From a virus: a DNA stretch of 64,000 nucleotides. Within the stretch, counting starts at the first letter, position 1. The number at the start of each line of letters is the position of its first letter. A program made the translations under genes and the position numbers. Below are positions 24,703-34,850 of this stretch, one piece after another. Below the pieces are notes generated by a model. That model was not told where the DNA came from. It made no database searches and saw only the letters and a program-made list of their open reading frames with translations. The stretch is taken from IMG/VR virus record IMGVR_UViG_3300045988_124978, positions 241-64,240 of that record. One strand, given 5' to 3'.

Positions 24703-26832
24703 TTAAATTGAAGCTTCAGAAACAGGTGTATGATTCTTTGTAAATGTACATGCAACGATTGGCACCCATGATGGCATTTCCATTTCATAATAACAGATAT
24801 GAAGACCGATAGCACGCGTCATAAGCAAGTCGTCGTGTTTACCTGTTATAGCTCCATACGCACCATTCTGTTTGCGCTCATAGGTATTGTATTCATCAAG
24901 GCAACGTTTGTCACGCTCGATATACAGACGTTCGCGAACCACTTTAATAAGCGTAGATATAATCATCGGCTTTGTTGATATGTTGGTGTGGAACCCGTAT
25001 TTACGTGGCGCACCTTCTCGTATCTCATCAGCGGACTGTTTACGCGCGTAGAGGTTGGGATAAATATCCGAAATCTGATTGAGAATATATTGCGATTGGT
25101 CTCCACCTTCCACCTGACGTTCCTTGTCGTGAGTTTCTAAGGTGTTTGATTCAATGACAAGAAGAGAGTTGTTGTAGAACGCTGCTATCTGTGCAGCACG
25201 CCAAGCGAGGCGGTCAATGTCGCAGTGTCCGTACCATTGTGCAACCACAGATGGAGGTTCGCTACCATCAATCATACTAATGCGGTCGAATACCACGATC
25301 ACAGACCAGTCAGCCTTATTAGAACGTCCACCCACATCTACCACTGTAAGATAACGATTCTTAACTTCGTAATCATCAAATTTTTCGGGCATTGCCCATA
25401 TAGATAACAATCCTTGTTTGTCATCACGAAATCTGAGATTAGAGAGCGCGTCTTTGCCTTCGTCTCCATCGGCATACACATCGCCAATATATCGAGGTGG
25501 GATGCAGAACTTTTCAAACTTCTTTACTAAGTATTTGTCGAAAACCATTGAACCAGAATGGACGAAAGCCTCTACATCGTCAGAAGGGTACTCCGAAGCC
25601 ATTACACCAAAATCCGCTCTACCTGCTCTTTCTTCCACATACCAGTTAATAGCCTCTAATGTAGCCCCTTTTTCCCACAAAGACCACAAATATTGTCCAC
25701 TTTCTTCACGGTTTGACGGAACGTATGCGTTTTCTCTGTTCGCGTATAGTTTTTGGGCAAACTCTTTTTTCTCGTCCGTAGATGTGAAAGGTTTAGAGTA
25801 TTGCTCAATTTGGAACCATGCAATAAATAACGCTTCGTACTGAGACTTAATAGACGGATCTGCAGCATCCGTGTATTCGGTGTGAAAGAAATTACCTGTA
25901 CCATTAGCTGTGCTTTCCATCACGATCATCGTAAAAGGTTCGAGCAGCATACCAGAGCATGCAGAACGAACAATATCTTGTGGCGACTTTCCATCCGTTT
26001 TTTTCCACAAACCCACCTCTGACAAGTGAACAAGAGAATAAGCACCACCACGACATCCGTCAGGACGCTCAGCAGTACCTACCTTAATTTTACAATTACG
26101 TTGTGGAACACGATGCGTAGAACCAGACTTACCTACGCCTACAAGTTTGGGCTCGTTTTCGGAATAGGTTTCTCCTAACTTATGAAGGAACTCAACTGGA
26201 TATTTGCTAATCATAAGGTCGAACATATCCTTAATTTCGTCAGAAGCCGTACCCTGGTGTGCAATGATAAGCGAATTAAGTCCCTTTCGATGGTTGAATT
26301 GAAGCCATGCCATATAGAGTTGTGTGGTTGTTGAACCACCCCACTGACGTGCTTTCAACAAAATAAGTCGAATTGGTTGCCGTGCTTTTCTCTTCGCTTC
26401 AAAGCGCGATACCAAAATGCGCTGCGGATAGTAAAGTCGGAACAGCACGTCTTTACCAGCCTTCTTGTTGTGGATATATACGAGCGTTGCAGCCCAGAAT
26501 GGGAAATCGTGTTTGAAGCGTAATCGTATGAGTTTACGCGACACCTTGACATAATCTATTTCGTTAGATGTTACACCAAGTACAGATGTCAGAAATTTAT
26601 CAATAGAGCCAGCCTTAACGAGTTTTTCGACCATTGGTATATCCATCATCTCTACAGGGAGCCATTGGACGGGTATGGCAAAATCGGAGATACACACACG
26701 CACACGCTCTCCGATAGACCCCTCTCCTGTAATAGGGTCGAAGTGCGCAAACATTACGCTATTCCTTCGATCGTTCTCATTGAGCAGCTGTGCAATTTCT
26801 GTATCTGTTGTATTGATTCTCATACCATCCAT
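24703..26832 (-). CDS. terL: terminase large subunit
   Basis: 709 aa; P-loop-like LKARQWGGSTTT, Walker-B-like LIIAHQ...SDE, C-terminal acidic nuclease-like VVDVGGRSNKAD; typical size and position. Confidence 0.75.
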   Translation of the reverse strand: MDGMRINTTDTEIAQLLNENDRRNSVMFAHFDPITGEGSIGERVRVCISDFAIPVQWLPVEMMDIPMVEKLVKAGSIDKFLTSVLGVTSNEIDYVKVSRKLIRLRFKHDFPFWAATLVYIHNKKAGKDVLFRLYYPQRILVSRFEAKRKARQPIRLILLKARQWGGSTTTQLYMAWLQFNHRKGLNSLIIAHQGTASDEIKDMFDLMISKYPVEFLHKLGETYSENEPKLVGVGKSGSTHRVPQRNCKIKVGTAERPDGCRGGAYSLVHLSEVGLWKKTDGKSPQDIVRSACSGMLLEPFTMIVMESTANGTGNFFHTEYTDAADPSIKSQYEALFIAWFQIEQYSKPFTSTDEKKEFAQKLYANRENAYVPSNREESGQYLWSLWEKGATLEAINWYVEERAGRADFGVMASEYPSDDVEAFVHSGSMVFDKYLVKKFEKFCIPPRYIGDVYADGDEGKDALSNLRFRDDKQGLLSIWAMPEKFDDYEVKNRYLTVVDVGGRSNKADWSVIVVFDRISMIDGSEPPSVVAQWYGHCDIDRLAWRAAQIAAFYNNSLLVIESNTLETHDKERQVEGGDQSQYILNQISDIYPNLYARKQSADEIREGAPRKYGFHTNISTKPMIISTLIKVVRERLYIERDKRCLDEYNTYERKQNGAYGAITGKHDDLLMTRAIGLHICYYEMEMPSWVPIVACTFTKNHTPVSEASI

Positions 26833-27220
26833 TTTTTATTCGGTAAATAAACTCTCCGACCGTGCGTGCGGTGAGGTAAAATTTCGGTGCAGGTTGGTTT
26901 ACGATAAGTGCCACCAACTCATATACCGACTTATCTGGTTGTTGTTCGTGCATCACAACAAACCTTCTGAAAATTTCCTCAAACATTTCTCGCTTATTCT
27001 TTCTCATTCGTGGCATAGGTCTCCCTGCAGCCATTGCCGAAATAACAATAGCAGCTCTCTCCTCGCTTACCCAAAAACGCGAGGACGGTGATTGTGCCAC
27101 CAATTCAAAAATTACAGGCATGACGATAATACTTGCCTCTGATAGTTTTTCACGATAGACCCTCATAAGGTCTTCATTTCGCTCGCGTGTAAACTCAAGT
27201 ATGCTTCCGAAATATTTCAT
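26777..27220 (-). CDS. hypothetical protein upstream of terL (candidate small terminase subunit/DNA-binding)
   Basis: 147 aa; 3' end overlaps terL start by ~55 nt; position only. Confidence 0.4.
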   Translation of the reverse strand: MKYFGSILEFTRERNEDLMRVYREKLSEASIIVMPVIFELVAQSPSSRFWVSEERAAIVISAMAAGRPMPRMRKNKREMFEEIFRRFVVMHEQQPDKSVYELVALIVNQPAPKFYLTARTVGEFIYRIKNGWYENQYNRYRNCTAAQ

Positions 27221-27267
27221 AAGATATGTAGGTTTAGGAGTAGATTTTATTAGGGGAGTGAACTATA

Positions 27268-27275
27268 CAAAGTTA
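27268..27275 (-). promoter_or_regulatory. candidate Bacteroidota-type -7 element (TAacTTTG on minus strand) for terminase operon
   Basis: plus-strand CAAAGTTA at 27268-27275, about 45 nt upstream of the 27220 start. Confidence 0.3.
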
Positions 27276-27323
27276 GCCATACGAGGTCACAAAAGTTAAA
27301 AGGGAAAGTGAGTACTCATTCAT

Positions 27324-27331
27324 TATTTTTG
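27324..27331 (+). promoter_or_regulatory. candidate -7 element TAttTTTG for plus-strand structural operon
   Basis: TATTTTTG at 27324-27331, about 38 nt upstream of ATG 27369. Confidence 0.3.
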
Positions 27332-27368
27332 CCACAGAATATGAAATAACCTAAAGCATTTTGTAATA

Positions 27369-28106
27369 ATGGCTGATAATAACGGAGTTAAGAGCAGACG
27401 CGACCAACAGTTGGAGCGTATGCGTAAGAAGTATCCAGACAAGAAATTTGAAGACGACGAAGAAATCTACGGTCAGATTTACGACGATTACGACCAATAC
27501 GAGCAAGACCTTAACGGCTACAAGGATAGAGAAAAAGCTATGTCCGACATGTTTTCTGCTGACCCGAGAAGTGCCCAATTTTTAGCTGATATGCATAATG
27601 GGCAGGATCCTTATGTTGGTCTTGTGAAGAATTTTGGGGTTAATATCGAGGATGTTCTTCATGACCCTAAAATGCAGGAGCAGATAGCCGAAGCGAACAA
27701 GGAGTATGTGGAACGCGTAGCCAAGTCAAGAAAGCTTGACGAGGAATATGAGAAGAACATGGACGCAAGTCTTGAAACCCTTCGTCAGTTCCAAGAAGAG
27801 CGTGGCATGAGCGACGAACAAATTGACGCTGTAGTGGATGCCGTTTTGACCGTGGTTCGTGACGGTGTTATGGGCAAGTTCTCGAAAGAGACCCTTGCAA
27901 TGTTCGTGAATGCCATCAACCATGACAGTGATGTAGCCTCAGCAAGTGAAGAAGGCCGTGTAGCTGGACGTAACGACAAGATTGTAGAAGGTTTGCGCAA
28001 ACGTGCTAAGGGAGACGGCACGGCACCTCTTAGTGGTAAAAACGGAGCTGCTTCCATGGCACATAGATCGCAAAACATGTTTGACTTGGCTAACGAAGCT
28101 ATGTAA
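27369..28106 (+). CDS. putative scaffolding protein
   Basis: 245 aa, highly acidic/charged, predicted helical, immediately upstream of capsid candidate. Confidence 0.45.
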   Translation: MADNNGVKSRRDQQLERMRKKYPDKKFEDDEEIYGQIYDDYDQYEQDLNGYKDREKAMSDMFSADPRSAQFLADMHNGQDPYVGLVKNFGVNIEDVLHDPKMQEQIAEANKEYVERVAKSRKLDEEYEKNMDASLETLRQFQEERGMSDEQIDAVVDAVLTVVRDGVMGKFSKETLAMFVNAINHDSDVASASEEGRVAGRNDKIVEGLRKRAKGDGTAPLSGKNGAASMAHRSQNMFDLANEAM

Positions 28107-28310
28107 ATCGCATGAAAGGAGAAGTTGTAAAATTTCCTCCCGAAGGGAAGCATTTGAAACCGAGAAAGGGTAGTGCTGGGTTGAACACTCAACTGTGTGG
28201 TGCTATGGCATCGGTAAGTAATTTGGCTTGTGCTACGGGTGGAATTTCTTCAGGTAATCTTGTTAAGACTGATAGTAAATAATATTATTCACAAATTAAA
28301 CTTTTAATAT

Positions 28311-29828
28311 ATGGACGGAGAAACCGTAGCAGTGGGTGGAACTAATCCTACCCCTAATCCAGGTTCAGCAGGTGTAGCAAGCCAAGTTCCTGGTACCGCA
28401 ACAACTGTTAGTTCTGTATCGGACGCGACAGGCGGTGTTGGTCCTGGAAATCTAGTTCAGACAGACCTCGACCAAGAACTTTACAAGTTCAAGAGTGACG
28501 ATACCCCTCTTATGCAGCTCATGTTGAAGGCTAAGAAGGTGAAAGTAGGTTCACCCGAAGTGGAACACTACATGATTGATGAACCTCGCTCGAGTGTGAC
28601 CGGTACGACTAAGGTTACAGCTGGTAGTGCGAAGCAGTTTATTTTGCCTTTGCTTGCCAATGATGCTGAAATTCCTCGCCCTTATGGTACTTTGCTTGCC
28701 AAGGGTGTTGATGGTTATGCTGATGATGGTAAGACCAAAACGCCCGGTAAGGACATGATGTTGTTCGTTACAGGTCACGACCCCTCAACAGGTAACCCCA
28801 TTTGTCGTGCAGTGAATGGTCCGAAAGCTCAGACGAGTGATGAGTATTGCACTACTCCTGACATTCCTGCAGGTACGACTTTCATCATCCTCTCGAATGC
28901 GCTCTACGAAACGCAGAAGGAGGTTGACCCCGATTTGATTGTTCCGCAAGGCACACTTGTATACCTTCAGAAACGCGGTATGAACCAGATTGTGTCAGAC
29001 TACTTTGAGCATCAGAAAAAGAAGATTCCTTTTGGCAAGGCACTTATTGCAGAGGCAGCCATTACGAATTTCAAGGTACGTGGCAACCGTACACTTTATG
29101 CTGGTCGCAAGGGTAAGTTTAGAGTTCAGACTGATAAGGTTGGCGTGCAGACGGTGTACTGTACAGAAGGTGTGCGTTACCAAGTGAAGAAGGAATTGCA
29201 GCACACTGGCAAGTGGACTATTGAGGAGATTATCGCCTTGGCTAAGATGATTTATACGGGTGAAGATGTTCCTAAGAATGTTATTGCTCTTGCTGGTAAG
29301 AACTTCTTGGAGAATATTCAGTGCATCGACTATTCGAAGCATCCCGAAATTCAGATTACGACCAAGACGAACCCTGCTGGTTGGGTTGTGACCAACTTCC
29401 ACACCGTGTTTGGTGACATCGAGTTTAAGCATGACCCGACGCTTGACCGTTTGAAGTGGAGCAATTCAGCGTTTATTGTAGCTCCTGATCGTTTGGTACA
29501 CTACCAATACTCAGCAGAACACACAGCCACAGACCGTGTAGAGGGTGAAGAAGCAACACGCGAAGCCATGCTTGTGTGGGATGCTCTTGCCTTAAAGGGT
29601 TCTTGCCATGTATGGATTAACGGTGAGGGTGATAGCGAAAATACGAGTGCTGTTCAAATTCACTTGTGGGATAGTGCAGAAGCACCTACAGCTCCAGTTG
29701 AAGGTGATGTTTATTACCTTATTCAGGCCTGTCCTGGCATTAACGCAGAAGCTGTTAATGGTCAGATGTGGCAGTATAAGAATGAAGCATGGGTTGAATA
29801 TGCTGGTGACGTAATGGCGGCAGCATAA
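28311..29828 (+). CDS. putative major capsid protein
   Basis: 505 aa, follows scaffold-like gene, followed by a strong terminator; no motif-level proof. Confidence 0.5.
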   Translation: MDGETVAVGGTNPTPNPGSAGVASQVPGTATTVSSVSDATGGVGPGNLVQTDLDQELYKFKSDDTPLMQLMLKAKKVKVGSPEVEHYMIDEPRSSVTGTTKVTAGSAKQFILPLLANDAEIPRPYGTLLAKGVDGYADDGKTKTPGKDMMLFVTGHDPSTGNPICRAVNGPKAQTSDEYCTTPDIPAGTTFIILSNALYETQKEVDPDLIVPQGTLVYLQKRGMNQIVSDYFEHQKKKIPFGKALIAEAAITNFKVRGNRTLYAGRKGKFRVQTDKVGVQTVYCTEGVRYQVKKELQHTGKWTIEEIIALAKMIYTGEDVPKNVIALAGKNFLENIQCIDYSKHPEIQITTKTNPAGWVVTNFHTVFGDIEFKHDPTLDRLKWSNSAFIVAPDRLVHYQYSAEHTATDRVEGEEATREAMLVWDALALKGSCHVWINGEGDSENTSAVQIHLWDSAEAPTAPVEGDVYYLIQACPGINAEAVNGQMWQYKNEAWVEYAGDVMAAA

Positions 29829-29864
29829 TTACTGTGAAGAATTAACCCTTAATATCAACCATTG

Positions 29865-29900
29865 AAGGCGGATAGGTAGTAATGCCTTCCGCCTTTTTTA
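29865..29900 (+). terminator. rho-independent terminator after capsid candidate
   Basis: AAGGCGG (29865-29871)...CCGCCTT followed by TTTTTTATT. Confidence 0.65.
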
Positions 29901-29914
29901 TTACAACAAGAAGA

Positions 29915-30472
29915 ATGAAAAAGAAAAGAATTACCTATGGTGTGAACGGCATGATGGAGTATCAAGCCATTATTAAGATTGGTAGAGCTACGCTTAAGGT
30001 GTTGTTCAGTGATGGTAGTATGACTGCGATGGGAGAGAACCCAGCCCATTTTACTACTACGGACTTTATTACTCAGCATGCGATTGAAAATTGCAGAGAC
30101 TTTAAGCGAGGTCTTATTAAGAAGTTGAATGTTATTGAACTTGACGAGGAAGTTCATATTGAGCGCAACTTAAACGCAGATGCGAAGAAAGAGTCCGTTG
30201 AAAACGCAGACTTGAAAAATAGTGGTGAATCGTTAGTTCAGGATGTTTCAGATGACGTTATAGAAACTACTGTTGACGAATCAAGTGAAAAACCTACAGC
30301 GGACGAAACCACAGAGAACGTAGTTACAGAGGTGGAGTTCAATTCAAATCAAGAAGCTAAAGACTTTCTCTCTAAGTCGTATGGAGTAAAATCCAGTGCA
30401 ATGAGAACTCGTGCCGACATTATCGCAGCAGGTGAAGCCAATGGTGTGAAAATCATTTTTGTAACTGAGTAA
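29915..30472 (+). CDS. hypothetical structural protein (acidic central region)
   Basis: ORF track start 29882 lies inside the terminator; first ATG after it is 29915 (MKKKRITYG...). Confidence 0.45.
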   Translation: MKKKRITYGVNGMMEYQAIIKIGRATLKVLFSDGSMTAMGENPAHFTTTDFITQHAIENCRDFKRGLIKKLNVIELDEEVHIERNLNADAKKESVENADLKNSGESLVQDVSDDVIETTVDESSEKPTADETTENVVTEVEFNSNQEAKDFLSKSYGVKSSAMRTRADIIAAGEANGVKIIFVTE

Positions 30473-30483
30473 AAAACGACGAT

Positions 30484-31119
30484 ATGGTGTACAAAATCGA
30501 AGTCGTGGAGCGCGATGTGCGTATTGCCATTGATGAAAACAAAACAAGCGATCAGCTCATCAGCGATGAGGATATTGACACCTTATCGTTGAATGACGTT
30601 ATTCGTTCAAAGATCGTCGAAGCCGTTCAGCGTGTAGAATCGTCAGCTCCTGTACATTTCCTTGAAGAAGGTCACGTGTTTGGCGATGCTGTTTATTGGG
30701 ATAGTAAGGGCAGTGGTTGGGTATTATTGCCCGATGATTTTATGCGTCTTGTAGCCTTTCGCATGAGCGATTGGGAGCGCACGTGTTACATGGCCATATC
30801 AGCAGACGACCCATTGTATGACCTACAATCTTCGAGATACAAGGGAATTCGTGGCAATGTTCAGAAGCCAGTGTGTGCTATTGTGAATCGTGCAGAAGGC
30901 AAGGCTTTAGAGTTTTATAGTTGCAATAGCGAAGAAGCCTACGTAAAACGCGCCTCATACATCCCCTATCCGAGCATAGACGATGAAGACGGTATAGACA
31001 TCAGCGAGCGTTGTTACACATCCGTGGTCTATACTACGGCAGCATTAGTATTAACCGCCTATGGTGCAAGCGAGCAAGCAACCGCAATGAACACCTTGGC
31101 AAAAAGCATATTTGAATAA
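30484..31119 (+). CDS. hypothetical structural protein
   Basis: 211-aa ORF, stop overlaps next gene start (ATGA-type junction at 31119). Confidence 0.45.
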   Translation: MVYKIEVVERDVRIAIDENKTSDQLISDEDIDTLSLNDVIRSKIVEAVQRVESSAPVHFLEEGHVFGDAVYWDSKGSGWVLLPDDFMRLVAFRMSDWERTCYMAISADDPLYDLQSSRYKGIRGNVQKPVCAIVNRAEGKALEFYSCNSEEAYVKRASYIPYPSIDDEDGIDISERCYTSVVYTTAALVLTAYGASEQATAMNTLAKSIFE

Positions 31120-33230
31120 TGAGTTCAATACCAACAAAACAGATAGACGGAGATGTTTCAGTTGGGCGTGATGTGAACATTGGCGGAAAGACCACCATAC
31201 GCGGTTCGGTTAAGGTTGGTCACAACCTAACTATTGAAGGTTGGCTGGAAGCCAAGAACATCAAAGGCCCGAACAAAGGTCTGTTCAAGACGGCAGCACA
31301 GCTACGCGAGGCTTACCCTAATCCCCATAAAGGATGGTGGGCATTGGTGACCATAGAAGGCAGTGTGGCGTCAGATCATCTTGGGCAGCTATATGTGGTC
31401 GATGGTGGCACGTGGGTGGCGCAGGTTGACAGCAACGGTAATCCGCTGCTGAGGGGTAATCCTACGGTTGATAGTACGAAATATTTTGACGCCTATATTG
31501 AAACGCTTAAGCCTTGGTTGGGGGGGACGTTGGGTAGCTTTGATTCAAGCGAAGCATTCAACAACTACTTGGATGGGCTTACTTATAACAGCTTGAAGAG
31601 CGGACGGTATGTAGCCTATTTGGGTGGTGTGCCCTTTTTTGTGACATTTACGTTGCTCTATGCCAAAGAGCAAATCTCGGCTGTATGGGTTGAGGGTAGC
31701 TTGATGGTGAGTGATAACGCTATAAATTCGAACACGGGTAAGGGCGTGACTATTGCTTATAGATATCATAAAAATGGTGCTTGGGAAGCGTGGAAAACCA
31801 TCTATGATGAGTTGAATGGTGCGGTAGCTTCGCAAGGTTCGCGTATTAGCACTTTGGAGGGTAAGATGCCATCGGTGCAGACTTCTGCGAATGGCACAAC
31901 TAAGAACTACATTTACTCGGCAAGTGGTGACGATATGCACACAGCATTGAGTAGCAAGATATGGACGTACACGCACGGTGACGGTAATTTGTTCTTACGC
32001 TTTAAGCATTGGGGGGCAAGCAACGACACCAGTGAGAGCAATTATAGCCAAGTAATGGTAGCTAATGCTTGGATAGGTGGAAATGGTGTCTTGCGAAGGG
32101 ATGTGTACAGAAGGCTTGATGATTTTTCGCTCCGTGAAGAAAACTCTACAGCCGATGCGGTGAACATTGTAACTCCTATATTCACTACGGGGGGAACACG
32201 TAGTTTTCCCATTTCTAAGGCAACTACTGCTAAGGCAGGTGTAATGACAGCTGCTCAAGTGACTGCGCTGAACAAGGCGAGCGAAGACGTCAAAGCGCTT
32301 AACGACAGTCTGCAAGGTTTTCAGGAAGACTTCACGGAATTCAAGAACACTAAAGGACATTCCAACGGACTTGCGCCATTGGACGAAACAGGTAAGGTAC
32401 CATCCAAGTATTTGCCAGAGAATGTGTTGGAATTTAGCGGTATGGTTAGCGGCATAACTCCTCAAACAGTCTCATTAAACAAGTATTCATCAGACGAGAA
32501 TTGCAGTGTGGTATACAGCAAAGATAGAGAAGTCTTTATGTTGAAATATGAACAGCCCTCTACATCGCCATTCTTGCCTGCAACGATTACGTACTACAAC
32601 AACTGGATAGATGGAGACTTATTTGGAGAACTTTCTGCAGATGCAGATGGTCGTGTTCCTCATAGTTGTAAAATCTACATAGATGTAACTACTAACAAGA
32701 CTTATTATTGGAGAGGCATCACACTTAAAACAATTGGTGCCACAGCCCAAGATGGCGTTCAAGGCACAAGTGAGAACTACATCTATTCGGCAAGTGGTGA
32801 CGAAATGCACACGGCATTAAGTAGTAAGATATGGATATACCAACATGGCGACTATAACCAGTTCCTCCGCATCAAGCACTGGGGAGCTAACAATGATACC
32901 AGTGAAAGCAACTATAGCCAAGTACAACTACCCAACGCATGGACGGGGGGCACGGGGCTGTTAAAGTGGGATGTGTATCGTAGGCTTGATGAATTTAAAC
33001 TTCGCGAAGAAAATTCTACAGCCGATGCAGTGAACATTATAACTCCTATTTTTACTACTGGTGGTACACGTAGTTTTCCAATTTCTAAGGCTACAACCGC
33101 CAAGGCTGGTGTGATGACGGCTACTCAGGTGACTGCGTTGAACAAGGCGAGTGAAGACATACAAACGCTTAATGAGCGTATAGTAGCACTCGAGAAAAAG
33201 GTATCAGCATTAGAAGCAAAACTTAAATAA
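31119..33230 (+). CDS. putative tail fibre/receptor-binding protein with internal tandem duplication and C-terminal coiled coil
   Basis: 703 aa; two ~140-aa copies (about 80% nt identity); C-terminal heptad LNERIVALEKKVSALEAKLK. Confidence 0.55.
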   Translation: MSSIPTKQIDGDVSVGRDVNIGGKTTIRGSVKVGHNLTIEGWLEAKNIKGPNKGLFKTAAQLREAYPNPHKGWWALVTIEGSVASDHLGQLYVVDGGTWVAQVDSNGNPLLRGNPTVDSTKYFDAYIETLKPWLGGTLGSFDSSEAFNNYLDGLTYNSLKSGRYVAYLGGVPFFVTFTLLYAKEQISAVWVEGSLMVSDNAINSNTGKGVTIAYRYHKNGAWEAWKTIYDELNGAVASQGSRISTLEGKMPSVQTSANGTTKNYIYSASGDDMHTALSSKIWTYTHGDGNLFLRFKHWGASNDTSESNYSQVMVANAWIGGNGVLRRDVYRRLDDFSLREENSTADAVNIVTPIFTTGGTRSFPISKATTAKAGVMTAAQVTALNKASEDVKALNDSLQGFQEDFTEFKNTKGHSNGLAPLDETGKVPSKYLPENVLEFSGMVSGITPQTVSLNKYSSDENCSVVYSKDREVFMLKYEQPSTSPFLPATITYYNNWIDGDLFGELSADADGRVPHSCKIYIDVTTNKTYYWRGITLKTIGATAQDGVQGTSENYIYSASGDEMHTALSSKIWIYQHGDYNQFLRIKHWGANNDTSESNYSQVQLPNAWTGGTGLLKWDVYRRLDEFKLREENSTADAVNIITPIFTTGGTRSFPISKATTAKAGVMTATQVTALNKASEDIQTLNERIVALEKKVSALEAKLK
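31878..32310 (+). repeat. tail-fibre internal repeat copy 1
   Basis: NYIYSASGDDMHTALSSKIW...REENSTADAVNIVTPIFTTGGTRSFPISKATTAKAGVMTAAQVTALNKASED. Confidence 0.8.
32769..33190 (+). repeat. tail-fibre internal repeat copy 2
   Basis: NYIYSASGDEMHTALSSKIW...REENSTADAVNIITPIFTTGGTRSFPISKATTAKAGVMTATQVTALNKASED. Confidence 0.8.
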
Positions 33231-33524
33231 CAGATTAAGAGCCGATGGAAATAATTTAGTATATATGCTCAATAGTTACTGGAGTAGCATTGCCTTTGTT
33301 GGGAGATCACTTTGAGCAATAGGAACGTAGAAGTCGTCTAAACTTTTCTGACGAAGATTTGATTTGACTTTTGAGTTTTTCTAAATTCAAGTTTAGACGA
33401 CTTCGAAATCACAACATCATCAATAAGAGGAATATGAGAAATCTTGCTCCTCTTTTTTTGCTACAATAGTTAAAACGACGCTTACTGGTTAAGTCGCTAA
33501 ATTTGCCAAGAACATAAAATCATA

Positions 33525-33770
33525 ATGGCAATGAAAAAGATTATTACATGGTTAAAATCAAGCAATCACGGCAAGTATGTTGTGGGTGGTGCTCTCATTG
33601 GTTTTGGAGCTGATGATATCTACTGTGCGCTGTATGCTGGAGCAGGAGTTGCTGGTGCATTGGAGCTTAAAAACAAGTTGTGGGGTGGCAAGTGGGATTG
33701 GATAGACTTCGGCTGTACGATGGCAGGAGTTATTGTTGGACGCTTAATGAGATGGGGTGTATGGCAATAG
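33525..33770 (+). CDS. small membrane protein (holin/antiholin candidate)
   Basis: 81 aa, two hydrophobic segments; 10-nt overlap with next membrane-protein gene. Confidence 0.45.
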   Translation: MAMKKIITWLKSSNHGKYVVGGALIGFGADDIYCALYAGAGVAGALELKNKLWGGKWDWIDFGCTMAGVIVGRLMRWGVWQ

Positions 33771-34273
33771 TATTTAAACTATGGAAGTTGGCTGCTATGA
33801 TTGTGGGTGGCATGATAGGTTGGTTGGTGGCAGAGTTTAGACCTACGTTTCCGCTGATAGCTGTGGCAATTATTTTTATACTCTATGATGCCTATACAGC
33901 TTTTAAACTCGATAAGCGTGTACATGCAGCCTATCCAGACAAGACGGACCGGAAGAAGGCTAAGTTTACTTCGTTCGCCTTTGGGAAGGTAGTGAAACAG
34001 ACTATCCCTAAGCGTTTGTGGTTGATATTCTTGGCGTACTTGGCAGAGCATTGGGTGTTTATACATGTGCAGATATCGCTCTCGTACATACTGACAGGTG
34101 TTATATGTTTTGAACAAGCATGGTCGATACTGGAGAATGAGAGTAGTTGTCGCCCAGAAGCTGAACATCGTTTTTGGAAGTTGTTGCAGCAAATTATGGT
34201 TGACAAGACCGCGAGACATTTTGACGTAAATCTTGACAAACTAAAAGAAGATAACGATGATTGTACTAATTGA
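33761..34273 (+). CDS. holin-like multi-pass membrane protein
   Basis: start set at in-frame ATG 33761 (MAIVFKLWKLAAMIVGG...); 3-4 predicted TM segments; directly upstream of endolysin. Confidence 0.45.
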   Translation: MAIVFKLWKLAAMIVGGMIGWLVAEFRPTFPLIAVAIIFILYDAYTAFKLDKRVHAAYPDKTDRKKAKFTSFAFGKVVKQTIPKRLWLIFLAYLAEHWVFIHVQISLSYILTGVICFEQAWSILENESSCRPEAEHRFWKLLQQIMVDKTARHFDVNLDKLKEDNDDCTN

Positions 34274-34850
34274 CAATGGGCATGGTGTTAACACGCCTGG
34301 AAAATGCAGCCCCGACAAGCGACTGCGTGAATATGCGTATGCGAGAGAGATTGCAACGCGCGTTGTTAATGAACTTCGTAACAAGGGTTATAGGGCTGAG
34401 CGCGTGGTTGAGGAAGAGCAAGATGTTGCTCTGTCAACGCGCTGCAAGCGTGTGAATGACATTTGCAAAAAGGAGGGTGCTAAGAATGTGCTGCTTGTCT
34501 CGATCCATAATAATGCAGCAGGTGGTGATGGTAAGTGGCATGAGGCGCGAGGCTTTTCGGCACATGTAGGAAAGAATGCTTCGTGGAAGAGTAAGGAGTT
34601 TGCTCAGTATCTTTGGAACGAAGCTTTGCAGCAAGGGTTAAAGGGTAACCGCTGTGTGCCTTTTTGCAAATATATTGAACAGAACCTTGCTATTTGTCGT
34701 GATACGCTTTGCGCTGCTGTATTGACGGAGAACCTTTTCCAAGACAACAAAGAAGACGTTGACCTGCTGTTGAGCGAGGAAGGCAAGGAGAAGGTGACAG
34801 CCGTACACGTGAACGCTATTGTTGAATTTATTCGTGACTATTATGGATAA
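34257..34850 (+). CDS. endolysin, N-acetylmuramoyl-L-alanine amidase (Amidase_3 family)
   Basis: IVLIDNGHGVNTPG and SIHNNAAGG motifs typical of Amidase_3 (CwlD/AmiC type). Confidence 0.8.
   Translation: MIVLIDNGHGVNTPGKCSPDKRLREYAYAREIATRVVNELRNKGYRAERVVEEEQDVALSTRCKRVNDICKKEGAKNVLLVSIHNNAAGGDGKWHEARGFSAHVGKNASWKSKEFAQYLWNEALQQGLKGNRCVPFCKYIEQNLAICRDTLCAAVLTENLFQDNKEDVDLLLSEEGKEKVTAVHVNAIVEFIRDYYG

Noticed and set aside
26777-27220. Confident assignment of the 147-aa protein as small terminase
   Set aside because: Only positional evidence; no recognisable HTH or oligomerisation motif seen by eye. Kept as a low-confidence candidate only.
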